From: Spirochaetota bacterium
GTDB taxonomy: Bacteria > Spirochaetota > Spirochaetia > Treponematales > Rectinemataceae
Direction of reading: 5' to 3'
DNA: 64,000 bases
Assembly: GCA_029778945.1 (NCBI GenBank)
Contig: JAKPBN010000382.1
Span: 764 to 64,763, forward strand
The notes beneath the pieces are model-generated. The model had not been told where the DNA came from. It made no database searches and saw only the letters and a program-made list of their open reading frames with translations. Below, one piece after another: positions 20,097 to 29,784 of this stretch. Both the position numbers and the translations under genes were made by a program. Within the stretch, counting starts at the first letter, position 1. Each line of letters starts with the position of its first letter.

Positions 20097-20927
20097 TTAC
20101 TTCCGGCGCTTCACGATGAAGCGGCTGGACGGCTTGTGCGGATCGCGCGTCTTATAACCCTTGGCAGGCTGACCCCAGGGCGACACGGGCTGCTTATAGC
20201 CCTTGCCGCGGCCTTCGCCACCTCCATGAGGGTGGTCGACCGGGTTCATGACCGTGCCACGGACCGTGGGGCGGATACCGAGCCAGCGCGTCCTGCCGGC
20301 CTTTCCGAGGCGCTCGTTCATGTGTTCATCGTTGCCCACAGAGCCGATCGTCGCGGAGCACTTCTTGAAGACCATGCGAAGCTCGCCCGAGGGGAGCTTG
20401 AGGACGACGTAGTCGCCCTCGCGCGCCACGATGAGGGCCGAGGCCCCCGCGGAGCGGGCGAGCTGTCCGCCCTTGCCGAGGGTGAGCTCGACGTTGTGGA
20501 CCGTGATGCCGACGGGAATGTTCTCCAGGGGGAGGGAGTTGCCCACCTCGATGGAAGCCGTGGGGCTGGCGACGACCGACTGGCCGGCGACAAGGCCCTT
20601 GGGGCTGATGATGTAGCGCTTCTCGCCGTCCGCATACTTGATGAGGGCGATGTTCGAGGAGCGGTTCGGGTCGTACTCGATCGAGGCCACCGTGCCGGGG
20701 ACGCCGATCTTGTCGCGGAGGAAGTCAATGTCCCGGTAGCGCTGCTTGTGGCCGCCGCCCTGGTGGCGGACGGAGATGCGGCCATTGGCGGCGCGTCCGC
20801 CGTGTGACTTCTTACCCTTCGTAAGGGACTTCTCGGGATTGCTCTTGTTGGTGGTGATCTCGTTGTTCACCACCTGCACGCGGTGCCGCAGCCCCGGCGT
20901 GATAGGCCTGAAAGTCTTGATACCCAT
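20097..20927 (-). CDS. rplB: 50S ribosomal protein L2.
   Basis: 276-aa translation matches L2. Confidence 0.95.
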   Translation of the reverse strand: MGIKTFRPITPGLRHRVQVVNNEITTNKSNPEKSLTKGKKSHGGRAANGRISVRHQGGGHKQRYRDIDFLRDKIGVPGTVASIEYDPNRSSNIALIKYADGEKRYIISPKGLVAGQSVVASPTASIEVGNSLPLENIPVGITVHNVELTLGKGGQLARSAGASALIVAREGDYVVLKLPSGELRMVFKKCSATIGSVGNDEHMNERLGKAGRTRWLGIRPTVRGTVMNPVDHPHGGGEGRGKGYKQPVSPWGQPAKGYKTRDPHKPSSRFIVKRRK

Positions 20928-20943
20928 AATTTCCCCTTACGCT

Positions 20944-21228
20944 TTAGGCGCCCTCGAAAACCGAGATCGTCTCGCCTGCGGCCAGGCGCACGATGGCCTT
21001 CTTCCAGGTGGCGGTCTTGCCGGGCCGGCCCCGGAGGCGCTTCGGCTTCGACTTCACGTTGATGATGTTGCAATCGAGGGGATGGACATTGAACATGCGG
21101 CGCACGGCCTCCATGACCAAGGTCTTGTTGGCCCTCGGGTCAACGCGGAAGACATAGCGGTTCTCCTCGCGCATGACATTGCTCTTCTCAGTGAGCACGG
21201 GCTCGATCAGGATCGATTCGTATTCCAT
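20944..21228 (-). CDS. rplW: 50S ribosomal protein L23.
   Basis: Translation matches L23. Confidence 0.93.
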   Translation of the reverse strand: MEYESILIEPVLTEKSNVMREENRYVFRVDPRANKTLVMEAVRRMFNVHPLDCNIINVKSKPKRLRGRPGKTATWKKAIVRLAAGETISVFEGA

Positions 21229-21239
21229 TCTCGGGCTCC

Positions 21240-21875
21240 TTACTTGTCCGCGTAGAACTCGTTCAGTCCCTTGATGGCGGACTCGAGAACGAGGACTTTC
21301 CGGCCGTAGAAGAGGTCATGGGCGCGGAGGCGGTTGAACGAGAGGAAGCTGAGCCAGGGCAGGTTCCTGCCGGCGCGCTTCACGTCGGCGTCGTCGCCCG
21401 CGAGGACGATGACGGTCCGGGTGGCTTCCTTGTCGGATGCGAGGGCCTCGAGCTTCTGGACGAGGTCCTTGGTCTTTCCGCTCTCGACGGTGAAATCCTC
21501 AACGACAGAGAGGGTGCCATTCTGGGCCTTGAGGCTCAGGATGGTCTTGAGCGCGAGCCTCTTCACCTTCTTGGGGAGGGTGTAGGAGTAGTCCCGGGGA
21601 TGGGGCCCGAACACCGTGCCGCCGCCGACGAAGATCGGGGACTTGTTGTCGCCCTGGCGGGCGCGGCCCGTACCCTTCTGGGCGTAGGGACGGCGGTTCG
21701 TGCCATGGACATCCGAGCGGGTCTTCGTGTCGGCGGTGCCGAGGCGGAGATTCGCGAGCTCGTTGTTGATAGCGTAATAGATGACGTCCTCGTTGATGGG
21801 TAGGCCGAAGACCGAGTCGGAGAGCTCGACGCTTCGGAGTTCCTTACCCTGCAAGGAAACGACTTTCCTTTCCAT
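21240..21875 (-). CDS. rplD: 50S ribosomal protein L4.
   Basis: Translation matches L4. Confidence 0.95.
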   Translation of the reverse strand: MERKVVSLQGKELRSVELSDSVFGLPINEDVIYYAINNELANLRLGTADTKTRSDVHGTNRRPYAQKGTGRARQGDNKSPIFVGGGTVFGPHPRDYSYTLPKKVKRLALKTILSLKAQNGTLSVVEDFTVESGKTKDLVQKLEALASDKEATRTVIVLAGDDADVKRAGRNLPWLSFLSFNRLRAHDLFYGRKVLVLESAIKGLNEFYADK

Positions 21876-21889
21876 TTCTGGTCCTCCGC

Positions 21890-22516
21890 CTACTTCGACT
21901 TCTTGACCGCGCTGCGGACGACCACAGTGCAGTTGCGCGGACCGGGAACGGCGCCACGAACGAGGATGAACCCGCCCTCAGCGTCGACACGGACGACCTT
22001 GAGGTTCTGGGCAGTGACGGTCTCGCGGCCCATGCGGCCGGGGAGCTTCACATTCTTGAAGGTCTTGTGGGGCCAGGTGGACTGGCCGGTGGAACCGGGC
22101 TCCCGGTGGAACTTCGATCCGTGGGTGTTGCGCCCGCCACCGAAACCCCAGCGCTTGACGACACCCTGGAAGCCCTTGCCCTTGGAGGTGGCCTGGACAT
22201 CCACGAAGCGCAGGCCCTCGAGGGCTCCGGCTCCGAGGCTCTCGCCTACGGCAGGGTCCTTACCAAAGTCGCGGATCTCCCGGAGGATCTTGGTGGGGGC
22301 TATGCCTTCTGGGAATTGGCCCGCAAAGGGCTTGGAGACGTGGCTCTTCTTCTTCTCGTCGACCCCAAGGAGGACGGCGGAATAGCCATCCTTCTCGACG
22401 GTCTTCTTGGCGACGACGACGTTGGAGTGGATCTCGATGACCGTCACGGGCACGAGCCTTCCAGTCGCGTCGAAGATCTGAGTCATCCCGATCTTCTTGC
22501 CGATTAGTCCGAACAT
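21890..22516 (-). CDS. rplC: 50S ribosomal protein L3.
   Basis: MFGLIGKKIGMTQIFD... matches L3. Confidence 0.95.
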   Translation of the reverse strand: MFGLIGKKIGMTQIFDATGRLVPVTVIEIHSNVVVAKKTVEKDGYSAVLLGVDEKKKSHVSKPFAGQFPEGIAPTKILREIRDFGKDPAVGESLGAGALEGLRFVDVQATSKGKGFQGVVKRWGFGGGRNTHGSKFHREPGSTGQSTWPHKTFKNVKLPGRMGRETVTAQNLKVVRVDAEGGFILVRGAVPGPRNCTVVVRSAVKKSK

Positions 22517-22595
22517 GACAAACTCCTAGCGTTGAACGCTTCCGGCACAAAGCCGGGCGTTTACAGCTGGACTATAAGGGAACCAGGCCCTTACT

Positions 22596-22901
22596 TTACT
22601 GCTTGATCTCCACATCGACGCCGGCGGGCAGCTCAAGCTTCATGAGCGCGTCCATGACGTCGGGGGTAGGATCGATGATGTCGATCAGCCTCTTGTGGGT
22701 CCTCATCTCGAACTGCTCCCGGGATTTCTTGTGTACGTGGGGAGAGCGCAAGACCGTGAACTTATTGATGCGCGTCGGAAGGGGAATGGGGCCTGCCACC
22801 TTGGCGCCGGCCTTCTGCACCGTCTGAACGATGCCCCTGGCGCTGTCGTCAATAAGACGCACGTCGAAGCCTCTAAGCCTGACTCGGATCCTGTCCTTCA
22901 T
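22596..22901 (-). CDS. rpsJ: 30S ribosomal protein S10.
   Basis: [19 protein letters not shown]... matches S10. The ATG at 22899-22901 is preferred over the upstream GTG. Confidence 0.9.
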   Translation of the reverse strand: MKDRIRVRLRGFDVRLIDDSARGIVQTVQKAGAKVAGPIPLPTRINKFTVLRSPHVHKKSREQFEMRTHKRLIDIIDPTPDVMDALMKLELPAGVDVEIKQ

Positions 22902-23135
22902 ACTTCCTCCAAAGATCACTTGCGCACGTCCCTGGTTGGCCGTACCCTGGCGGGCGAGCCATCCGAGCGTATCGCGGCAGGGTCGGGGAACCCTGCAAAA
23001 TCAGGAGCTGCGTCCCAACGGACGGCCGACTCCCGTAGTGAGCTACTGTAACCGTTCTTGGGAGCTTCATCAAGCCCCAGCTTGAACGATGCCCGGACAG
23101 CCCTAATCGAGCCGCCCGGGTCTCATAAATGAGAG

Positions 23136-23159
23136 GCGGAAGGCCCTAGGACCTTCCGC
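23136..23159 (-). terminator. Hairpin (GCGGAAGG / CCTTCCGC stem around a palindromic loop) ~10 nt downstream of the tuf stop. Possible partial terminator or attenuator before the S10 operon.
   Basis: Inverted repeat read directly. The downstream U-tract is weak (UCAUUUAU). Confidence 0.4.
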
Positions 23160-23168
23160 ATTTCATTA

Positions 23169-24359
23169 TCAGGAAACGACTTCGATAACCTGGCCGGAAG
23201 CGACCGTGTGGCCGCCCTCACGGATGGCGAACTTGAGCCCCTTCTCCATGGCGATCGGGTAGATGAGCTCGACGTTGATCTCCGTGTTGTCCCCGGGCAT
23301 GACCATCTCGCGGCCCTCAGGGAGGGTCACGGTGCCGGTGATGTCCGTGGTGCGGAAGTAGAACTGGGGGCGATAGCCGGAGAAGAAGGGGGAGTGGCGG
23401 CCGCCCTCGGCCTGGTTCAGGACGTAGACCTGACCCTTGAACTTCGTGTGGGGGGTGATGGAGCCGGGCTTGGCGAGAACCTGGCCGCGCTCGACTTCCT
23501 TCTTGTCCACGCCGCGGAGGAGGGTACCGACGTTGTCGCCGGCCTGGCCCTCATCGAGGAGCTTGTTGAACATCTCAATGCCGGTGACGACGGTGTTCTT
23601 CGTGGGCTTGATGCCGACGATCTCGACGGTCTCGTTGAGCTTGATGATTCCGCGCTCGACACGGCCGGTGACGACCGTTCCGCGGCCGGAGATCGAGAAC
23701 ACGTCCTCGATGGGCATCAGGAAGGGCTTGTCGGTGATGCGCTCGGGATCGGGGAAGAAGGAGTCCATGGCGTCCAGGAGGTCCTGGATGCACTTGGTGG
23801 CGGTGGCATTGTCGGGCTCGGAGAGAGCCTTGAAGGCGGAACCCTTGATGATGGGGGTGGTGGCTCCGGGGAACTTGTAGAAGTTCAGGAGGTCGCGGAC
23901 CTCCTCCTCGACAAGCTCGAGAAGCTCAGGATCGTCCACGAGGTCGACCTTGTTGAGGAAGACGAGGATGGAGGGGACACCGACCTGGCGGGCAAGGAGG
24001 ACGTGCTCGCGGGTCTGGGGCATGACAGAGTCGGGGGCGGACACGACGACGATGGCGCCGTCCATCTGGGCGGCTCCGGTGATCATGTTCTTGATGTAGT
24101 CGGCGTGGCCGGGGCAGTCGATGTGGGCGTAGTGCCTCTTCTCGGACTGGTACTCGAGGTGCCGGGTGTTGATCGTGATACCGCGGGCCTTCTCTTCCGG
24201 CGCGTTGTCGATATCGTCGAACTTCATGGCCTTGTCGCCGTACTTGCGGGCGCAGTACTGGGTGATGGCAGCGGACAGGGTCGTCTTGCCATGGTCAATG
24301 TGACCGATCGTACCGACGTTCATATGGGGTTTGGTACGCTCGAACTTCTCTTTAGCCAT
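23169..24359 (-). CDS. tuf: Elongation factor Tu.
   Basis: 396-aa translation with [13 protein letters not shown] and NKVD G-motifs. SD GGAGGAG upstream. Confidence 0.97.
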   Translation of the reverse strand: MAKEKFERTKPHMNVGTIGHIDHGKTTLSAAITQYCARKYGDKAMKFDDIDNAPEEKARGITINTRHLEYQSEKRHYAHIDCPGHADYIKNMITGAAQMDGAIVVVSAPDSVMPQTREHVLLARQVGVPSILVFLNKVDLVDDPELLELVEEEVRDLLNFYKFPGATTPIIKGSAFKALSEPDNATATKCIQDLLDAMDSFFPDPERITDKPFLMPIEDVFSISGRGTVVTGRVERGIIKLNETVEIVGIKPTKNTVVTGIEMFNKLLDEGQAGDNVGTLLRGVDKKEVERGQVLAKPGSITPHTKFKGQVYVLNQAEGGRHSPFFSGYRPQFYFRTTDITGTVTLPEGREMVMPGDNTEINVELIYPIAMEKGLKFAIREGGHTVASGQVIEVVS

Positions 24360-24472
24360 ATGTCACTCCTCCTTGGCTTCAAGCGCCAATAGTTTCCTAC
24401 ACGGGTTTTCGGAGTATACAGAAAGGATCAAGACTGTGCAAGTGGCCTGGAAGCGGGGCTGGGGGCGCGGCT

Positions 24473-26518
24473 TTAGCGCAAGGGCTCATAGCGGAGGAAT
24501 TTAGCCTGGTAGGCCGCCCTCCCCTTCGTGGCCGACCGGAGCTCCGAGGCCAGGCCGAAAAGGAGGCGCAGGGGGGCCGCCGCCTCGAGGTATTTCTCGC
24601 CCCCCACGTCGTCGACGGACTCTATCCGCCCTCCCCGGGCCCCCAGGACGGCGACGGCCTGGCCCAGGCAGTCCTCGGGACAGCCCAGCTCCACCCGCAT
24701 CCAGGGCTCGAGGACCTGGGTCCCGGCCCTGGCCAGGGCATCCCGGGCGGCCAGGGAGGAGGCTATCTCCAGCACGAGGGCATCCTGGCGCCCTCCGGGC
24801 AGGGAAAAGCCCAGCAGCTTGGCTTCCCAATCCTCCACTGGCCAGCCTCCGGCCGGGCCGGCGGAAAGGCTCGCCTCCACCCCGCGGGTAAAGGCCTCTA
24901 TATAGGAGGCACTGGCCCGGAGGCCTGGCCCCAGGCCCAGGCGGTGGCCCCCGCCCCTAGGAAGGGGAGCCAGGGAGAGGTCGAGGCTGGCCCGAAGCCT
25001 CTCTCCGTTCATGGAGCGATCCAGGTCGCAATGACCATCCGCTGAATGAAGGAGGGTCTCCCGGTAGGAGACCTGGGGCGCCCCGGCCCGGAGCTTGATC
25101 CCCCGCTCGACCCGGAGCCTCTCCAGGGCAACCTCAAGGTGGAGCTCCCCCATGCCGGAGAGTATGAGACGGCCCGTCTCCCCGTCCTCCCGGAGCCTCA
25201 GGGAGGGATCCTCCTCGAGGAGGCTGGCCAGGGCCTCGGCCAGGGCGGCCCCCTCGGCCCGGCCGGGGCTTTCCAGGGCGAGAGAGACCACGGGCTCGTC
25301 AAAGCCCAAGGCCTCGTAGACCAGGAGGTGGCCGGGGCTGGAGAGGCTCGAGCCCGTCGAGCCGGGGTTGCCCTTGTTGGAGGCCGCCCCAAAGGAGAGG
25401 GCCGCTATGTCCCCGGCCCGGATGGACGGAAGGTCCTCCAGGGCCGAGGCCTGGATGGAGAAGATCTTCTGGACCCGCAGGGCCTGGTCCCTTCCGGCGT
25501 CTATCACCCTGTCTCCGGGCGCAAGGCTTCCCGACCAGACCCTCACCCAGGAAAGGCGGCCAAAGGAGGGATCGGCCTGGGTCTTGAAGACAAAGGCCGA
25601 GAAGGCCCCGGCCTCTTCGCAGGCGGCCCGGGCCGGGGCCCCGGTGGCGGGATCCAGGCCCTCGGGGCAGGGCCTGTCCCCGGGACTGGGCAGGTAATCC
25701 ACGATCCCGTCCAGGAGGAGGGCCACCGAGGCATCGGAGAAAGCCGAGCCGCAGAGGAGGGGAACCAGGCGGCCCGAGACCGTCGCCGCCCGCAGGCTCG
25801 CCCGCAGGGCCTCGGCCCCGACCTCCTGGCCTGCGGCGTAGAGGGCCAGGATAGCCTCGTCGGTCTCGGCCACGGCCTCGACCAGGGCCTCCCGGCCGGC
25901 CAGGGCCACAGGAAGGAAGTCCGGAGGAATGGGGAGGGCCCCGCCCCCGGAGGGCCGGGCCTGGAGCTCGACTAGGTCTAGGACGCCCTGGAAGTCCTGG
26001 CCCTCCCCCCAGGGCAGGCAGAGGGGGATGAGGCCGGGGACGAGGGCCTTGAGCTCCCCGGCGGCCTCGAGAAAGGAGGAGCCCCTCCGGTCAAGCTTGT
26101 TGATAAAGGCCAGGCGGGGCAGGTCCCTGCGGGCGGCGGCCCGGAGGACGGCCTCGGTCCGGGATTGGACCCCGGCCACGGCGCAGAGGACAATCACCGC
26201 GGAGTCCAGGACCCGGAGGCTGCGCTCCACCTCGGAGCCAAAGTCGATGTGGCCCGGGGTGTCGATAAGGTTGATCCCCCGGCCCTTCCATTCCAGGCGG
26301 ACGCAGGCGGCCTTTACCGTGATGCCCCGCTCCCGCTCCACGGGCAGGAAGTCCGTGGCGGTGGTCCCGGAGTCGACCGAGCCTGGGGCCCTGAGCCTCC
26401 CCGCCAGGAAGAGGATGCGTTCGGTGAGGCTGGTCTTGCCCGCGTCGATGTGGGCAAAGATGCCCAGGTTGCGGAGGATGCCTGAATCGCTGCCCATGAC
26501 CAGTACATTATAGTGCAT
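24473..26518 (-). CDS. Translational GTPase of the EF-G / ribosomal-protection (TetM/TetO-like) family, ~681 aa, in the position normally held by fusA.
   Basis: AHIDAGKT, DTPGH and NKLD motifs. The G2 region GSVDSGTTATDFLPVERERGITV resembles TetM-type GSVD.GTT.TD more than EF-G GEVHDGAATMDW. ATG chosen at 26516-18 (MHYNVLVMG). Confidence 0.75.
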   Translation of the reverse strand: MHYNVLVMGSDSGILRNLGIFAHIDAGKTSLTERILFLAGRLRAPGSVDSGTTATDFLPVERERGITVKAACVRLEWKGRGINLIDTPGHIDFGSEVERSLRVLDSAVIVLCAVAGVQSRTEAVLRAAARRDLPRLAFINKLDRRGSSFLEAAGELKALVPGLIPLCLPWGEGQDFQGVLDLVELQARPSGGGALPIPPDFLPVALAGREALVEAVAETDEAILALYAAGQEVGAEALRASLRAATVSGRLVPLLCGSAFSDASVALLLDGIVDYLPSPGDRPCPEGLDPATGAPARAACEEAGAFSAFVFKTQADPSFGRLSWVRVWSGSLAPGDRVIDAGRDQALRVQKIFSIQASALEDLPSIRAGDIAALSFGAASNKGNPGSTGSSLSSPGHLLVYEALGFDEPVVSLALESPGRAEGAALAEALASLLEEDPSLRLREDGETGRLILSGMGELHLEVALERLRVERGIKLRAGAPQVSYRETLLHSADGHCDLDRSMNGERLRASLDLSLAPLPRGGGHRLGLGPGLRASASYIEAFTRGVEASLSAGPAGGWPVEDWEAKLLGFSLPGGRQDALVLEIASSLAARDALARAGTQVLEPWMRVELGCPEDCLGQAVAVLGARGGRIESVDDVGGEKYLEAAAPLRLLFGLASELRSATKGRAAYQAKFLRYEPLR

Positions 26519-26583
26519 AGTCGCCCCGGCTTTGATATAGTATCGGGGTGGCGCCCGATGAGGGGCGGGCAAGGAGCGTCAAG

Positions 26584-27180
26584 ATGAAGGAACTGGCCAA
26601 TCTCGGATCCATGCCCCTGGAGGCCCTTAGGGAGCAGGTCCTGGACGACCTTGTCCAGCGCTATTCCCAGGAAGGGGTCACGATGGAGGACTTCGAGCGC
26701 CGGACCGGCCTCGCGACCCGGGCCCTCACCAAGTCCGAGCTCCTGGGGGCCATCGAGGGCCTCCCCGGCGAGGCTCCCGCCTATCCCAGCCCGGCCCCCC
26801 GGGCCTCGGCCACGCCCTCGACCTGGCGCTACAACGACAACCCCAGCCCCCGCCAGTCGGCCATGGCCATCTTTGGCGGCTTTGAGCGCAAGGGCGTCTG
26901 GAAGGCCCCCCGCCGGATGGAGAGCCTCTGCGTCTTTGGCGGAGGGGAGATAGATCTGCGGAGGGTCGCCATTCCCCGGGAGGGCCTCACGATCTCCACC
27001 TTGGCCGTCTTTGGCGGGGTGGATGTGGTCATCCCCCCGGACATGAGGATAGAGGTGGCGGGGATGGGCATCTTCGGGGGCTTTGACCACAAGCAGACCG
27101 ATGCCGACGATTCCGCCCCCCTGGTCCGCATCGAGGGCCTGGCGATCTTTGGGGGCGTAGGGATCAAGATCCGCGACTAG
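26584..27180 (+). CDS. DUF1707-like N-terminal domain plus C-terminal LiaF-like repeated FGG domain protein.
   Basis: SD AAGGAG 7 nt upstream of ATG 26584. C-terminus carries repeated (A/G)IFGG(F/V) motifs (MAIFGGFE, CVFGGGE, LAVFGGVD, MGIFGGFD, LAIFGGVG). Confidence 0.6.
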   Translation: MKELANLGSMPLEALREQVLDDLVQRYSQEGVTMEDFERRTGLATRALTKSELLGAIEGLPGEAPAYPSPAPRASATPSTWRYNDNPSPRQSAMAIFGGFERKGVWKAPRRMESLCVFGGGEIDLRRVAIPREGLTISTLAVFGGVDVVIPPDMRIEVAGMGIFGGFDHKQTDADDSAPLVRIEGLAIFGGVGIKIRD

Positions 27181-27200
27181 GACCCTCACGAGGAGGCGCC

Positions 27201-28016
27201 ATGGACCGGAAGATCGACATACTCGTCCTCGACGACAAGGAGGAGGCCCAACTCCAGGTCCGGGCCGCCCTCGACCTCGCCGGGGGCTACGAGGCGAAGA
27301 TCGACTGGGTGGCCCGGGGCGCCGACCTCGCTGGCCTGGGGGACAAGCGCTACGACCTGGCCTTCGTGGATTGGTTCCTGGACAAAGACAGGGCCTACGG
27401 AGTCGATTTCCTGGACCGCATCATCGCCGACTGGGTCGTGGGCTTTTCCTCGAACATCACCGCCTCGGAGCTCATCGAGAAGGCGGCCAAGACCCGGGGC
27501 TTCCGAGGCACCGCCTCGGTGGCCAAGCTCAAGGACGACAGGCAGAACCCCATGCTCGAGGCTTTTTTCCGGGCCCTCCCCGAGGGCAGGCCCGGCAACA
27601 AGCCCCTCTGGCTCTACCGCCAGTCCGGGGTCCTCCCCTTCCGCCGGGAGGCCGGGGGCCTCTCCCTCGTCCTCGTCACCTCCCGCAAGGACGGGGAATG
27701 GATCCTCCCCAAGGGGGTGGTCGAGCGGGGCGTGAGCCCCGCCGACTCGGCCCTCAAGGAGGCCCGGGAGGAGGCCGGCATCCTGGGGCGGATCGCGGGC
27801 CCCGAACTGGGGCGCTACCGCTATCCAAAATGGGAGGGAATCTGTACGGTGATCCTCTATCCCATGGAGGTCCTCCGGGTCCTGGACTCCTGGGACGAGA
27901 GGCTCCAGCGGAGCCGGGCCTTCCTCCCCCCGGAAGAGGCCCTCAAGGCGATAACGAACCCCGATATCCGAAACCTGGTGGCCCGCTTCCTGGAGGGGGG
28001 CCTAGCCCCAAGCTAG
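27201..28016 (+). CDS. Receiver (REC-like) domain fused to a Nudix hydrolase domain.
   Basis: N-terminus ILVLDDKEEAQ...YDLAFVDWFL is receiver-like. Nudix box PKGVVERGVSPADSALKEAREEAGI. SD AGGAGG upstream. Confidence 0.7.
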   Translation: MDRKIDILVLDDKEEAQLQVRAALDLAGGYEAKIDWVARGADLAGLGDKRYDLAFVDWFLDKDRAYGVDFLDRIIADWVVGFSSNITASELIEKAAKTRGFRGTASVAKLKDDRQNPMLEAFFRALPEGRPGNKPLWLYRQSGVLPFRREAGGLSLVLVTSRKDGEWILPKGVVERGVSPADSALKEAREEAGILGRIAGPELGRYRYPKWEGICTVILYPMEVLRVLDSWDERLQRSRAFLPPEEALKAITNPDIRNLVARFLEGGLAPS

Positions 28017-28031
28017 AGCGAGGTAAGAGCG

Positions 28032-28826
28032 ATGCAGGATTTTTTGGCCGGTGATTCCTATGAGACCGCCGAGGGAAGGCCCCAGGCCCTGTCGGAGACC
28101 CTCCTCCTCCACTCCCGCTGGAGCGTCTATTCCCATTTCTTCGCCACGATCATCCGGAGCCGCGCCCTGGCCCTGAAGGGCCTGTATGGCGACGAGGCCT
28201 GGTCGGACTCCTCGGTGGAGATCACGAACAACCTGGAGCGCTGCGGGGCCCGCTTCCACATCAAGGGGATGGAGGGGGTCAGGGCCGTCCAGGGCCCCCT
28301 CGTCTTTGTGGCCAACCACATGTCGACCCTGGAGACCCTCGTCCTCCCGGGCCTCATCAGGCCCCTCAAGCCCGTGACCTTTGTGGTCAAGGAAAAGCTC
28401 CTCAAGGGCTTCATCTGGGGCCCCATCATGAGGTCGAGGAATCCCATAGCCGTCACCCGCCGGGATCCCCGGGCCGACCTGGAGACGGTGCTGCGGGAGG
28501 GCCAGGAGCGCCTCGCCTCGGGCATCTCCGTGATCATCTTCCCCCAGGGCACCCGGACCGAGGCCTGGAGGCGGGAGGGCTTCAACAGCCTGGGCGTCAA
28601 GCTGGCGGCCAAGGCCGGGGTCCCGGTCATGCCCGTGGCGCTCAAGACTGACTACTGGGGCTCCAGCGGCCTCTTCCGCGGCTTTGGCCCTGTCCATCGG
28701 GAAAGGCCGGTCGAGCTGGAATTCGGGCCTGCCCTGGCTATCAACGGCCGGGGCAAGGCCGAGCACGAGGCCTGCCTGGACTTTATCGAGACCAGGCTCA
28801 AGGCCTGGGGCGGCAAGATGGCCTAG
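28032..28826 (+). CDS. 1-acyl-sn-glycerol-3-phosphate acyltransferase-like (PlsC family).
   Basis: NHMSTLE (HX4D/E-type) and FPQGTRT motifs. Confidence 0.7.
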   Translation: MQDFLAGDSYETAEGRPQALSETLLLHSRWSVYSHFFATIIRSRALALKGLYGDEAWSDSSVEITNNLERCGARFHIKGMEGVRAVQGPLVFVANHMSTLETLVLPGLIRPLKPVTFVVKEKLLKGFIWGPIMRSRNPIAVTRRDPRADLETVLREGQERLASGISVIIFPQGTRTEAWRREGFNSLGVKLAAKAGVPVMPVALKTDYWGSSGLFRGFGPVHRERPVELEFGPALAINGRGKAEHEACLDFIETRLKAWGGKMA

Positions 28827-28846
28827 GCCGCAGGGCAATAAAAAGC

Positions 28847-28875
28847 TTGCGCGTCCCTGGGGAGTCCCGTATCAT
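28847..28875 (+). promoter_or_regulatory. Sigma70-like promoter (-35 TTGCGC, 17-nt spacer, -10 TATCAT) placing the TSS at or near ATG 28882 (leaderless).
   Basis: Hexamers and spacing read directly from the sequence. Confidence 0.4.
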
Positions 28876-28881
28876 GGGGCC

Positions 28882-29094
28882 ATGTTGAAAAGTAAGGGTC
28901 TTGAAAGCAAGCCGGATCTGCCCCCTCCCTCGTCGGCCACCCCAGGGGCCTGCGCGTCCTGCCAGCAGTTTGACTATCGGGTCTGCCATAGGGGAAAAAG
29001 CCTGACCGACCCTGCCTCGACCTGCACCGCCTGGGAGGCCAGGAAGGAGAGGGAAGGCATGACAATCTGGGAAATCCTTACCCGGGAAGGCTGA
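28882..29094 (+). CDS. Hypothetical small Cys-containing protein (~70 aa, MLKSKGLESKPD...CASCQQFDYRVCHRG...C). Possibly leaderless.
   Basis: C-terminal part of track ORF 28684-29094 beyond the plsC stop. Unsupported by homology. Confidence 0.25.
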   Translation: MLKSKGLESKPDLPPPSSATPGACASCQQFDYRVCHRGKSLTDPASTCTAWEARKEREGMTIWEILTREG

Positions 29095-29107
29095 TCCAGT
29101 TCCACCC

Positions 29108-29728
29108 ATGAGCATCCTTCCTATCCAGGGTCTTGGGGTCGAGGTCTACGGGGAAAACGAGCTCGTGGCCCGGCTCATGACCGGGGAAGCCCACTATCGC
29201 GCCTGCATCTCCATCGGCAACCCCCGCCCCCTGCTGCGGGCCCCCTCCCCGGGCGAGGCCCTCCACCCCCTGATCAAGGGCTCCTTTGACCGGATCCTCC
29301 GCCTCTCCTTCTACGACCTGGAGGAGGTGGTCGAGCTTCCCGACCGGACTAGGCTCTCGCGCATCCCCTCCCACCGGGACGCCCTCAGGGTCCTGCGCTT
29401 CTACGAGGCCACCAAGGGCCAGACCGACGGCTGGACCGTCCACTGCTGGGCCGGCATCTCCCGCTCGACCGCCGTGGCCCTGGCCCTCCTGTATCGCATA
29501 ACCGGCGATGAGGCCGAGGCCGCGCGGCGCCTCGTGGCCATCCGCCCCGAGGCCATGCCCAACCACCGCCTTGTGAGGGCCGTCGACGCCCTTTTGGGCT
29601 CGAACCGGTCAGGCGTCCTCGAGGCCGTCTACCGGGACAGGCAGGACGCCCTGCGGGAGGAGCTGGACCGGGAGCTTGAGGAGCTGGACGAGGCCCCTGA
29701 GGAGCCGTCCGGGGATGGAAGGGCCTAG
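29108..29728 (+). CDS. Protein-tyrosine/dual-specificity phosphatase-like protein with CX5R P-loop (VHCWAGISRS). Paralog of 35844-36443.
   Basis: HCxxGxxRS signature. ~45% identity to the second copy over the full length, and a shared N-terminus (VEVYGE.EL..RL..GEAH...ISIGNPR). Confidence 0.7.
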   Translation: MSILPIQGLGVEVYGENELVARLMTGEAHYRACISIGNPRPLLRAPSPGEALHPLIKGSFDRILRLSFYDLEEVVELPDRTRLSRIPSHRDALRVLRFYEATKGQTDGWTVHCWAGISRSTAVALALLYRITGDEAEAARRLVAIRPEAMPNHRLVRAVDALLGSNRSGVLEAVYRDRQDALREELDRELEELDEAPEEPSGDGRA

Positions 29729-29784
29729 TCCGGGGAGTCGAGCTCATCGAGGCTGGCGTCGATCACCGGCCCGCCCCAAAAGCC

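Noticed and set aside
25046-25975. Plus-strand 309-aa Gly/Pro-rich ORF and other ORFs inside the EF-G-like gene
   Set aside because: Antisense to a well-supported GTPase gene. Compositional artefacts.
29059-29094. 11-codon ORF MTIWEILTREG with strong upstream purine tract
   Set aside because: Too short to support on its own. Mentioned only as part of the possible small-ORF region.
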